A DNA stretch of 64,000 nt from Candidatus Woesearchaeota archaeon (GTDB lineage: Archaea; Nanobdellota; Nanobdellia; Woesearchaeales; JAGVYF01): NCBI GenBank assembly GCA_023264635.1, contig JAHFLT010000004.1, positions 5,991-69,990 of the forward strand. The letters run 5' to 3'. A program made the translations under genes and the position numbers. Each line of letters begins with the position of its first letter. Within the stretch, counting starts at the first letter, position 1. A model generated the notes under the pieces. The model saw only the letters and a program-made list of their open reading frames with translations, was not told where the DNA came from and did no database searches. Shown in pieces: positions 35,467 to 44,394 of this stretch.

Positions 35467-36563
35467 AAATTAATCGGGGGAAGATTGCTCTTGATGAGCA
35501 TGACAAACTTCTGGAACATTCAAAAGGAGAGCTTGATAAGATTGTAGAGGAAGCGAAAATGGTGAGAGATGGCAAGGTCACCATGCGTGTTAAGATGCTC
35601 AAGTTGCCTACCCCCGTGTACGGAGAAGAGCAACCAACACTGGTAAGAGGTATTTCAGGGCAGGGGGCTAAGGGGCAAGGAACAAAAATTCTCGAAGTTT
35701 TGGGTGGTTCAAAAGGGGGAGATGAGCACGCAGAGTACGAAATGCGCAACATGGACTTTGATGAGTTCATAAAGTACTATCAAAAACTTCTTCTGAATGA
35801 TTTGGATCTGCCGTACATGAAAAAGAAACGGCAAGGTCATGATTTTCATGATGAGTTTGAACTTAATGATTTCTCCCGTGATGGCATGCGATGCGATCTT
35901 GATCTAGACATGACAATTGAGCAGGCGTATGAGCGTGCTTTTCGTGAGAAGAAGGTAGTGACAGCAGACCCGCGAATTGATGGCTGGTACTGGGAAGAAA
36001 AGCCAACCCAAGAGATACAGTATAAAAGCCTCGAAATATACGTTATGGACGTATCCGGCTCAGTGACGAGTTCTGTGCTCGGTCTTGTCAGGAAGATGAT
36101 ATTCTGTCTTTATTATTATCTTGACCATAAATATACAAAAAACGAGAGGAAATACATCGTTTTTCAGGATAATGCAGACGTCAAGAGCAGGGATGAGTTC
36201 TTTTCAACAGAATCAAAAGGTGGTACACATGTGTCAAGTGGATTAAAAAAGGCCCTTGAATTAGCAGAGGGATATAATGATTATGATAAATATTTGTTTT
36301 TCTTTTCTGATTTTGAAAATGCTAGTTCAGATGATGAGCTGGCAAAAAAAACTCTTTATACTATCGCTGAGTCATTTACCTATATGTGTATGACTAATAT
36401 CTGCAGCCCAAAAAGTGCAGATACAACCCCCTTTTCTACAATAACCAAAGAAGTTGCAGAAAAACATTCGCATATTTCTTACACAGTTCTTCATAGTGAA
36501 ACGGGAATACGAGAGGCTATTATCAATCTACTAACGAAAGATGACAGAGTTAAAAAAATATGA
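35463..36563 (+). CDS. yeaH: YeaH/YhbH (DUF444) protein with VWA-like C-terminus
   Basis: ATGA overlap with prkA. IYVMDVSGSV (MIDAS-like DxSGS) and the position in the prkA triad. Confidence 0.75.
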   Translation: MKINRGKIALDEHDKLLEHSKGELDKIVEEAKMVRDGKVTMRVKMLKLPTPVYGEEQPTLVRGISGQGAKGQGTKILEVLGGSKGGDEHAEYEMRNMDFDEFIKYYQKLLLNDLDLPYMKKKRQGHDFHDEFELNDFSRDGMRCDLDLDMTIEQAYERAFREKKVVTADPRIDGWYWEEKPTQEIQYKSLEIYVMDVSGSVTSSVLGLVRKMIFCLYYYLDHKYTKNERKYIVFQDNADVKSRDEFFSTESKGGTHVSSGLKKALELAEGYNDYDKYLFFFSDFENASSDDELAKKTLYTIAESFTYMCMTNICSPKSADTTPFSTITKEVAEKHSHISYTVLHSETGIREAIINLLTKDDRVKKI

Positions 36564-37722
36564 GGAAAGACTCCTTCGGGATGCTGAAGCATTGGGCTTG
36601 TCATTTGATGATGTGCTATTCAAGATAGCTACGCCTGATGAAATTAGGGAAATAGCTGCCTTTGGGTTGCCGAATCGGTATCTTCACTGGGTTTTCGGTG
36701 CACAGTACAAAAATCTTGATATCATGGAAAAAAGCGGGCAGATGCACATCTATGAGCTTGTGTTGAATTCAGTGCCTGTCATAGCAAGCCTCTCAAGAAA
36801 AAACTCACAGCAGGAGAATATCATGGTTATGGCCCATGTCTTTGGTCATGCTGATGTTTTTCATAATAACAAAGAGTACAAGAAAACAAACAAGCAGATG
36901 GTTCACAAGGCAGCAGATAATGTCTCCCAGATAGAGGATCTTAAGAGAAAACATTCAAAGAAAACGATAGATGATTATCTTACTGCTCTGATGAGCATAG
37001 CCAAGGCATCGATGAACACATTTCAGTTTCCTGCGAAGAAGAAACGGTCACTCTTTTACCAGCTCTATGATGTCGCTCCAACGGAGAGCCACGAAAAGCA
37101 GCTTTTTGACATAGTCCGTGAAGAATCAGAATATTTTGATGTTGTCTTCCGCACCCAGTACCTCAATGAGGGGTGGGCGCAGTTTATGGAGCTCGAGCTG
37201 TTGGGAAATTATCTTTCCCCTAATCAATGGATAGACTTTGCAAAGTCATGTTCCGCAAGGCCAGGACCGTATCAGATAGGGCAGGTTATTTTTTCTTCCA
37301 TCAAGAAGCAGCATGGTTTTGAAAAGTGCCTAGAGGTACGTGCTTATTATGATGATATCGCTATAGTGGGAGAGTTCTTAACGCAGAAGCTGGTGAATAA
37401 GCTGAAGCTAGGGGTCAAATTCGGTGAGAATATAATTACTGATGTGGGTGTGGTCATTAATGAGATTCTGGAAGAAAAGAAATACCAGAACATACCATCT
37501 CTCATTGTTGAAGGCATCGAGAAACGACTTGGCTCATCTCGCCTTCTTCTGGCATATCATGAGCGAGAAGGGAAGAAGCTGGAGGTAGATGTAAAGTTAC
37601 CGCTCTATATGCAACAAGTTCACCTTATATGGAAGCACGACATCGAGTTGGCGATATATGATGCACAAAAAAAACGCAGCGACATATTTATTTTTGATGG
37701 GACGCTGAGGAGAATGAAATGA
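36541..37722 (+). CDS. spoVR: SpoVR family protein
   Basis: EIREIAAFGLPNRYLHWVFGAQY, VMAHVFGHADVFHNN and YLNEGWAQFME match SpoVR conserved blocks. Confidence 0.85.
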   Translation: MTELKKYEERLLRDAEALGLSFDDVLFKIATPDEIREIAAFGLPNRYLHWVFGAQYKNLDIMEKSGQMHIYELVLNSVPVIASLSRKNSQQENIMVMAHVFGHADVFHNNKEYKKTNKQMVHKAADNVSQIEDLKRKHSKKTIDDYLTALMSIAKASMNTFQFPAKKKRSLFYQLYDVAPTESHEKQLFDIVREESEYFDVVFRTQYLNEGWAQFMELELLGNYLSPNQWIDFAKSCSARPGPYQIGQVIFSSIKKQHGFEKCLEVRAYYDDIAIVGEFLTQKLVNKLKLGVKFGENIITDVGVVINEILEEKKYQNIPSLIVEGIEKRLGSSRLLLAYHEREGKKLEVDVKLPLYMQQVHLIWKHDIELAIYDAQKKRSDIFIFDGTLRRMK

Positions 37723-37750
37723 GGATATTCCTCACAAAAATCAACGAGTG

Positions 37751-37757
37751 TTTTTTT
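37751..37757 (+). terminator. oligo-T tract (T7) after spoVR, preceded by hairpin TGAGGA-TAT-TCCTCA (37720-37734)
   Basis: Seen directly. The hairpin overlaps the spoVR stop codon. Confidence 0.45.
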
Positions 37758-37907
37758 ATAGGCTTTATTATTCCTTGGCGCCATTGAAAAGGTCGAAGTA
37801 GTCATCATTCATGCGAGCATTTGTTTTGTCCAAAGCGAGAAAAAAGGAGATTCAGAGGGGAATTTTTGCCTTTAGGAGTACTGTAGAATGCGAGCCAGAT
37901 GAGCACA

Positions 37908-38015
37908 AAGAAATGCAGTGGCATTCCAAAGAAACTCGTGAAGAATTTCTTGGACCAAAAAATGCAAAAGCATTTTTTGGTTCTTGTGCAAGAAATCTCA
38001 AAAGAGATTTCTTTG
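37908..38015. repeat. three-hairpin element, copy B
   Basis: CCAAAGAAACTC..GAATTTCTTGG, ACCAAAAAATGC-AAAA-GCATTTTTTGGT and GCAAGAAATCTC-AAAA-GAGATTTCTTTGC, between convergent spoVR and secD. Confidence 0.8.
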
Positions 38016-38051
38016 CATCGAAGCGTTAGCTGAGGGACTTTTCAACGGCGT

Positions 38052-39779
38052 CTATTCCTTCAGGAGTATTTCCGCCATTGCAGCATATGCTGGTCTTGAG
38101 ATAAAGACACCAAATGTAAAACCAAAAATGGTTGTGATTGCAAAACCACGCAGCAAGCCAGCGCCGGCAAACCATAATGGGACCATTGCAGCAGTTGTTG
38201 TTACATATGAGGTCATAATGATGAGGATGCCACGTTTGACGCGCGTTTTCCAGTCAACGAATTGCTGTTTGGAGCCGCCATAAAGTATCTCATCTGTGAT
38301 AATGATCTGATGATTAAATCCAGTGCCAATAGAGAGGATGATACCGGCTATTGCTGCCAAATCAAGATTCCAATTAATAAGTGCTGCAAAACCCAGCAGG
38401 AGAACGACCTCGGAGAGCGACGTCAGTGCAATTGGTATAGAGATGATAAGGCGTCTGTATTTCACGTACACAATAAAAGAGATGACAAGTGCTGAGAGCA
38501 ATCCCACTACTAAGGCATTATTTACAAATTCTTTTCCTAACGTAGGGGATATTGTTTCAAGAGTCACGACATTAAGCTTGATTGGTAAGCTTCCGGTCTG
38601 TAAGATAGTCTGTAATCTGCGCATATTTGCTAATGCAGTATTAGTCGCTTCCTGTCGTGTTCTTCCAGAGCCTGAACCAGAAATGGCTATATCTGTGATA
38701 GCTCTCCCACGAAGTTCAGCGCCTATGCTCAGTTCATCGACTTGTGCATCATCAAGATAAAGCACCAATTTCTCTGATAAATATTCTTGGCCTCTATCAG
38801 AGACTATATCTATATTCTTTGTAATATCCGCCTGCCTCTGTGCTGCTCCCGGTGTCAATGTGATTGCAAAGCGGAACCTGCATGTCCAGTCACTTCCTGA
38901 AGAACCAGAAAGACGGCATCCTGCAGAAGGGTCTATCCCTGCTTGGGCAGCGCTTCTCGCAACCATGGTAATGTCCCTCCCCCCGATAAAGACTGTTTGG
39001 TTGCCAATCTTTGCTTCGAATTTCCCTTGTTTGCCCAAGAGATCCAGTACTTCTTGTTTTGTAGCACCAGCGATTTCCACGACTATAAATTGCTTGCCAG
39101 TGCCGCCGAGATAAGACGGGAGATCAGCAGCTTCAGTGACAACAATATCACTTAGTCCGTAAACATTAAGACGTTCCTTAAGGCTATCCACAAGATAGGA
39201 CATGTTATCTGGAGAGAGCTGATGTTCCGGCTCAAGTAAGACACGCGTCCCTCCCTGTAAATCAAGTCCCTTTCTGATGTTGGTGCTTGGTCGTAGCTCA
39301 GTCTCTATACCTATCTCTTCAGAACCCAATTCTTCTTTTAGGGTCTTATTGACCAACACTTCTTCAACAATGGTCTCATTAGTATTAGCGTCAATATGTG
39401 TTTTATTCACTAGTTCCCTCTCTCCCGATACTTTGTAGATGACCTTTGGCCGCACAAGGAGAACGTAAGACTTCTTTGTTGTCGTTATCCTAGCCGAGCT
39501 GTTAACAGGCAGGTTCTTGATAATAGCAAAATATACTGTTTCCTCATTTATGGGTTTGTTGTTAATAGAGAGGATAATTTCACGTTGGGTTGGCTTGATA
39601 TTCTGTTTTGGGTTCTCCATGCCAGCAAGGCTTGCAGTGCTGTTTTGTTTCACTGACCGTATAGCAATGCCTTGATCTTGTAACTGCGGATTTATTGCGA
39701 CAAGCGCCGCAATGAGAAAAAAAAGAAGGACAAGCACACGCGGTGCTTTCAGTATTTTTTTCAGTCTCTCAAAGCTCAT
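38052..39779 (-). CDS. secD: protein translocase subunit SecD
   Basis: N-terminal TM, a large extracytoplasmic domain and a C-terminal 5-TM block (LDLQGGT..., GFNHQIIITDE). It follows secF with an 11-nt overlap. Confidence 0.85.
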   Translation of the reverse strand: MSFERLKKILKAPRVLVLLFFLIAALVAINPQLQDQGIAIRSVKQNSTASLAGMENPKQNIKPTQREIILSINNKPINEETVYFAIIKNLPVNSSARITTTKKSYVLLVRPKVIYKVSGERELVNKTHIDANTNETIVEEVLVNKTLKEELGSEEIGIETELRPSTNIRKGLDLQGGTRVLLEPEHQLSPDNMSYLVDSLKERLNVYGLSDIVVTEAADLPSYLGGTGKQFIVVEIAGATKQEVLDLLGKQGKFEAKIGNQTVFIGGRDITMVARSAAQAGIDPSAGCRLSGSSGSDWTCRFRFAITLTPGAAQRQADITKNIDIVSDRGQEYLSEKLVLYLDDAQVDELSIGAELRGRAITDIAISGSGSGRTRQEATNTALANMRRLQTILQTGSLPIKLNVVTLETISPTLGKEFVNNALVVGLLSALVISFIVYVKYRRLIISIPIALTSLSEVVLLLGFAALINWNLDLAAIAGIILSIGTGFNHQIIITDEILYGGSKQQFVDWKTRVKRGILIIMTSYVTTTAAMVPLWFAGAGLLRGFAITTIFGFTFGVFISRPAYAAMAEILLKE

Positions 39780-40668
39780 GTTTCTTCTCCAGATAGAGCA
39801 GTAGGATGCCTACATTTTGTATCCATGTATTGATAATATCCACTAAGAGTCCAACAAGAATAATGATCATGATTTGCTTGATGTCGTATGATAAAATCAA
39901 CAATATGGACACAAGCGCTGCTAAAATTGTTGTGGCGCTCATCATGATGCCGGTTTTCATCGCGCGTGTTACCATGTCCATTACCGTAGCTCCCTGTCTT
40001 CCCAGCACCTTCATTGTTAGCAAGATATCTGTATCTACAGAATAGCCAATGAGCATCAAGAGCGCAGCAACACCGCTTGTTGATAGTCGTATGTCTACAA
40101 TGTTCATGAACGCTATCGTTGTGGTGATATCAGAAAATGCTGCGAGTATGACTGCCACGCTAGGAACAAATGTTTTGAAATTGATGGCTACCACAAGCCC
40201 CATCAAAATAAATGACAAGATAAGAATTTTAATTGCAGTGGTAAAGAAGCTCTTTCCCAGCACAGGACTCCTCAATTTTAGGTTTTCATCTATGTCCCCC
40301 TTCTTAAGATTCGGAATCGTCTTCAGAAGAACATCTTTAAACGAAGATATCAGCTCTTTATTTGAGACATCTAGATCAATTTCAATCTCTATTCCGGTTT
40401 TCGTGGCTGCCTGTGCAAGCGTGCGGATAGTTATGTCAGCTGAAGGGAAGTTTTCCTTGAGTGCCTTTGAAATAGTCCCCTCATTTATGTCTCCCAATAA
40501 ACTGATGGATATGCCTCCTTTGAGTGAAACACTTTTTTTTATGAAGTCTCCTGTCGTGTACGTTTGCCAACCTATTTGCGCTAATGAAAGAATAAGAAGG
40601 AGCAATGGGATGACAAGTAATTTCTTATAATGCTTTAGGTACCAATCCTGGAACGCTTTCTCATCCAT
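39769..40668 (-). CDS. secF: protein translocase subunit SecF
   Basis: 299 aa with an N-terminal TM, a periplasmic domain and a C-terminal TM bundle typical of archaeal SecF. Confidence 0.85.
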   Translation of the reverse strand: MDEKAFQDWYLKHYKKLLVIPLLLLILSLAQIGWQTYTTGDFIKKSVSLKGGISISLLGDINEGTISKALKENFPSADITIRTLAQAATKTGIEIEIDLDVSNKELISSFKDVLLKTIPNLKKGDIDENLKLRSPVLGKSFFTTAIKILILSFILMGLVVAINFKTFVPSVAVILAAFSDITTTIAFMNIVDIRLSTSGVAALLMLIGYSVDTDILLTMKVLGRQGATVMDMVTRAMKTGIMMSATTILAALVSILLILSYDIKQIMIIILVGLLVDIINTWIQNVGILLLYLEKKHEL

Positions 40669-40755
40669 TACTATCCCTCACAAAGTGCAATACAAACAAT
40701 GAGGGTTATTTAATACTTTTGGGTCTAATTCATGCATTCAGTTGCAATTGAGAGT

Positions 40756-41790
40756 TCACAAATTTCTGTGATTTCTGCGATAATACCAATCAATGAAAAT
40801 CCCTTTAATAACTTGCCATGACTGCTTTTGGAGTGGCAGTTTGTGAAAGGGGAGAGCCTTTTCATTGGTTTTGATCAGCGACGTAATCTGTCCAGCGAGT
40901 TGTTCTATTTCACTATCTTTTTTTAGTTCGCTGTATGGCACTTTCCGCAGGCAGGCGAGCAAATTATCGAGCTCTTTGTTCTTCAATTCTGTTGGAGTTA
41001 TCCCTATCGTGTTTGCAGCATAATTAAGAAAGGGACCATACCACGATGTTGTTGTTATTATTGTCCCGCCCACAGCGTTACTGCCAAGCTCGCATATTTT
41101 GCCATAATTGACAAAGAAGACATTCATTGCACCCATCGCCCCGCATGTAGCTATACCCTTATTCACAAAAATACTGTTTCTTGAGTACCTCCCGAATAGA
41201 GCAGCATCACCCTCATTGATGCAAAGGCCTCCTGTTGTATTAAACCCAAAATAGTTTGCATATCCTTTGTTGATAAAAATGCCGCCAGAACTCCTATCGG
41301 CAAGATCATGCATGATAGTACCATAATTAATGATAGTCCCCCCAGCCGCCTTGTAACCAATACACTCACTGCTGTTTCCGCGCAAAATAACTTTTCCCGT
41401 ATTCATCTTATAACCCCAATGGCCGCTTTCTATTATTGTTGGCACATCAATTGTCCTTTCCTGGGTGAGCAGTGCACTATAAAATAATCCCCCATATTGC
41501 TGATAATCTTGCTCAAGAAATAATTTTATGGGCAGAAAGTATGCTTCTTCATCTATTATTTCAGGCAAATCTTTGTCATGTGGCGCAATGATGCGTCTCG
41601 CTTCTTCCACCAGCATATCCAGCTTCTCATAAGATGGTTTCGGTACTCTGTGAACATTGCTTTCAACTAACAGTGCCCATTTCCTAAACGCTTCTTTAAG
41701 AAGCTGTGTAGGTGCGCACACACGTTCTTTTTCTTTCTCATCAGGAGGTCCAATTCCATCATATCCTCTCAAGAATTGGTTTAATGACAT
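40756..41790 (-). CDS. beta-helix repeat protein (GXGXG / GltB-C-like 18-aa repeats), paralog 1
   Basis: Roughly 18-residue repeats: GGTIINYGTIMHDLADRSS, GGIFINKGYANYFGFNTT, GGLCINEGDAALFGRYSRN, SIFVNKG... The start codon shares one nt with the M50 protease stop (TGATG). Confidence 0.55.
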   Translation of the reverse strand: MSLNQFLRGYDGIGPPDEKEKERVCAPTQLLKEAFRKWALLVESNVHRVPKPSYEKLDMLVEEARRIIAPHDKDLPEIIDEEAYFLPIKLFLEQDYQQYGGLFYSALLTQERTIDVPTIIESGHWGYKMNTGKVILRGNSSECIGYKAAGGTIINYGTIMHDLADRSSGGIFINKGYANYFGFNTTGGLCINEGDAALFGRYSRNSIFVNKGIATCGAMGAMNVFFVNYGKICELGSNAVGGTIITTTSWYGPFLNYAANTIGITPTELKNKELDNLLACLRKVPYSELKKDSEIEQLAGQITSLIKTNEKALPFHKLPLQKQSWQVIKGIFIDWYYRRNHRNL

Positions 41791-42350
41791 CAGAATAACC
41801 TCATCAGTCCGTTCATTACATGAAACCCATCAAACCCGGGGATAGGTAGCATATTGAAGATGAAAAGGAAGCCGTTGATGTACTTTGTAAAGGCAGCAAG
41901 CAAATAATATTTCCTTGGCACAAGTTTATGCTGAAGGGAATAACGGGAAATGAGCCAGAGTAAACCATGCACAAGGGGTCCGGCAAGGGCAATGATGATA
42001 CCTGCACCAACCGTTGTTGGACCATGACTCACGTACGCTGGCACGAAAAAGATGAATGGGAAATTAAGCAGCTTCATCACAAGCCCAAACAAAAGGAAAC
42101 CATACGCTGCGTGAAATGTGGCCTGCACTCCAAAAGCCAACGCCACAAACTTATGGCCTAGTTCATGCAGAATAATGGCTGGTGCTACTGCCATGACGGC
42201 AAACGTGAAGCGCGCATACTCCAACTGCTGGAGGTAGTCGATGGTAATTGTATGCGGGTATTCTTTGATGGGCAGAATGTCCTTGAAGATGTAGCCAACA
42301 ATAAAGGTCATAACCACTATGTCAAAAATCTCCGTGAGAGTAACGAACAT
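41790..42350 (-). CDS. M50 family (site-2 protease-like) membrane metalloprotease
   Basis: ILHELGHKF (HExxH within a TM segment) and NMLPIPGFDGFHV (the NxxPxxxxDG motif). Confidence 0.75.
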   Translation of the reverse strand: MFVTLTEIFDIVVMTFIVGYIFKDILPIKEYPHTITIDYLQQLEYARFTFAVMAVAPAIILHELGHKFVALAFGVQATFHAAYGFLLFGLVMKLLNFPFIFFVPAYVSHGPTTVGAGIIIALAGPLVHGLLWLISRYSLQHKLVPRKYYLLAAFTKYINGFLFIFNMLPIPGFDGFHVMNGLMRLF

Positions 42351-42458
42351 AATCCTGTTAGAAGAAAGGCGTTATATAAATCTTTTTCTGCATTCTCTAG
42401 AAAACTAAAAAGAAAGATATGCAAAGGTTTATTAAACATATTCCAATACGCACCGACT

Positions 42459-43289
42459 ATGCAGCCAGCATATTATTTCGCGCACACTATTGGCCATTTT
42501 GTTTTTGATGAGAACTTTGCGATAGTGGATAATGGCACAGAAAAAATCCATAAAAAATATGCCAACCTCATTGAGATAAACGAGCAGAATATCTCTGCAT
42601 ACAAGAAAGCTCTTCTTGCGCTTAAGAGTAGCCATTATCATAATCTCTTATATGAACAGAATATTGTAGCAACAAAGAGCGCATTGCGTTCCATAGCCAA
42701 CGATGACAATTTCATCATCCAAACATTGGCCAGCATAGATGATATCAGCAAGGTGCGTGACATTTTCGTGCATCGTTTGGGAGAATGGTGCTCATTATTT
42801 AATCCAGAGATAACAAAATCAAAAGAGCTGTTCTCTCTCGCATTGACAGCAGATGCCAAAGATGCAGCTCCTCTCAATAAGCTCTCTGACCATATCAATC
42901 AGCTTTCTGTGCTCCGGGAAAAACAGTTTGGTTATCTTAAGCAAGTGATGGATAAGCACTGCCCTAATGTTGCGGCTGTTGCCGGTTATGAGCTAGGTGC
43001 GCACCTGATTGAACTAGGAGGTTCTCTTGAGAAATTATCGAAGATGGCTTCTTCCCAGATTCAGGTCCTGGGTGCTGAGAAGGCATTCTTCCGACACATC
43101 CTCCATAATACACCTTTGCCAAAACATGGCATCATCGCATTACATTATGCAGTGAAAAAAGCAACTGACGATAAGAAGGGCAAGGTATCAGGGATTATTG
43201 CAGAGAAGCTGAGCATTGCCGCAAAAGTGGATTATTTCAAAGGAGACTATATAGGGGATAAGCTACGAAAGGATGTCGAAACACTATGA
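42459..43289 (+). CDS. nop5: Nop5 (Nop56/58) C/D box sRNP protein, short form
   Basis: Nop domain blocks AAVAGYELGAHLIELGGSLEKLSKMASSQIQVLGAEKAFFRH. Its stop overlaps the fibrillarin start. The ORF-track N-terminal extension is antisense to the M50 gene. Confidence 0.8.
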   Translation: MQPAYYFAHTIGHFVFDENFAIVDNGTEKIHKKYANLIEINEQNISAYKKALLALKSSHYHNLLYEQNIVATKSALRSIANDDNFIIQTLASIDDISKVRDIFVHRLGEWCSLFNPEITKSKELFSLALTADAKDAAPLNKLSDHINQLSVLREKQFGYLKQVMDKHCPNVAAVAGYELGAHLIELGGSLEKLSKMASSQIQVLGAEKAFFRHILHNTPLPKHGIIALHYAVKKATDDKKGKVSGIIAEKLSIAAKVDYFKGDYIGDKLRKDVETL

Positions 43290-44023
43290 GAAAAACAAAT
43301 TATCCCGGTGTCTATGAAAATGAACAGAAATATTATACAAAAAACCTCATGCCAGGCACTGCACTTTTTGGGGAGTCATTGCTCAAGTTGGATACTATCG
43401 AGTACCGTAACATTGATCCTACCCGAAGTAAGCTTGCCGCGGCAGTGAAAAAAAAAATCAAGGTAACGGGCATATGTGAAGGCGATACTGTACTATATCT
43501 TGGAGCGTCACACGGCTATACTCTCTCCTTTATCTCAGACATCATTGGACAGAAGGGTATTATTTTTGCAGTTGATACTGCCTATAAGGTTTTTCGCTCA
43601 CTTTTTCATGTGAGCAATGAACGTCACAATGTTGTCCCTATTTATGCAGATGCAGCACACCCTGTCACCTATGCGCGTTCAATTTGTGCAGTTGATGTTG
43701 TCTATCAAGATGTCGCACAAAAGAACCAAGTGGACATATTTGATGCTAATTTTTCGCTCTACGTAAAAGATTCAGGCATTGGGGTGTTAGTGGTCAAGAC
43801 ACGGTGCATCGACGCTGCTGCAGCTCCCCAGAAGGTAGCGGACGAGGTAAAAAAGACACTACGTGCAAAGGGATATACTCTCATTGATGCAAAGAATCTC
43901 GATCCTGATGAACGTGACCATGCATATATCGTTGTATCGCGCACTGAGCAGAAAGAGGAGAAAAAACCATCACGTACGCGTACTGCACGTGTGGAAGTAC
44001 CACATAAAAGTGGTCAGGAATAA
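43286..44023 (+). CDS. flpA: fibrillarin-like rRNA/tRNA 2'-O-methyltransferase
   Basis: VLYLGASHGYTLSFISDIIGQKGIIFAVD (SAM motif I) and VVYQDVAQ. ATGA overlap with nop5. Confidence 0.9.
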   Translation: MRKTNYPGVYENEQKYYTKNLMPGTALFGESLLKLDTIEYRNIDPTRSKLAAAVKKKIKVTGICEGDTVLYLGASHGYTLSFISDIIGQKGIIFAVDTAYKVFRSLFHVSNERHNVVPIYADAAHPVTYARSICAVDVVYQDVAQKNQVDIFDANFSLYVKDSGIGVLVVKTRCIDAAAAPQKVADEVKKTLRAKGYTLIDAKNLDPDERDHAYIVVSRTEQKEEKKPSRTRTARVEVPHKSGQE

Positions 44024-44053
44024 TTAAATAGCTTTTTCACATGTATTCCTTTA

Positions 44054-44353
44054 TTGCACAAGCGCACAAAGCATGATGAGTACGTTGTGGAACTATGCAA
44101 GCAGCTTTCTCCGCAGTATGATACAATAAGGACACATATTCCCATTATTAACAAGAAACGGAGAGTCATTGCAGAAATAGATGTGCTGGCAAAAAGGGGG
44201 AATATTATCGATGTCTACGAAGTAAAGTGCTCTCATCGTCCTTTCAAGGCACGGCAGCAGCTTTCTCGGCTAAAAAGAATTTTCAGGGAAACTATCACCC
44301 ATAGCTTCTTTTATTGTGGCTCCTCTGGTGCGTTGATGGTCATGGAAGTATAA
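44054..44353 (+). CDS. small PD-(D/E)xK nuclease-fold protein (tentative; TTG start)
   Basis: AEIDVLAKRGNIIDVYEVK fits the D...(D/E)xK pattern of restriction-endonuclease-like folds. Confidence 0.4.
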   Translation: MHKRTKHDEYVVELCKQLSPQYDTIRTHIPIINKKRRVIAEIDVLAKRGNIIDVYEVKCSHRPFKARQQLSRLKRIFRETITHSFFYCGSSGALMVMEV

Positions 44354-44394
44354 AGTTTCTATCCCTCAAATTAAGAAAAGAGAACAAAGAATCA

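Noticed and set aside
37811-38029. 72-aa ORF across repeat copy B.
   Set aside because: The open frame is created by the hairpin repeat, and the same sequence at 22012-22121 lies in a different coding context. There is no start context.
40049-40630. 193-aa plus-strand ORF. The 145-aa ORF at 38323..38760 is similar.
   Set aside because: They are antisense to secF and secD, which have clear family signatures. No motifs were seen.
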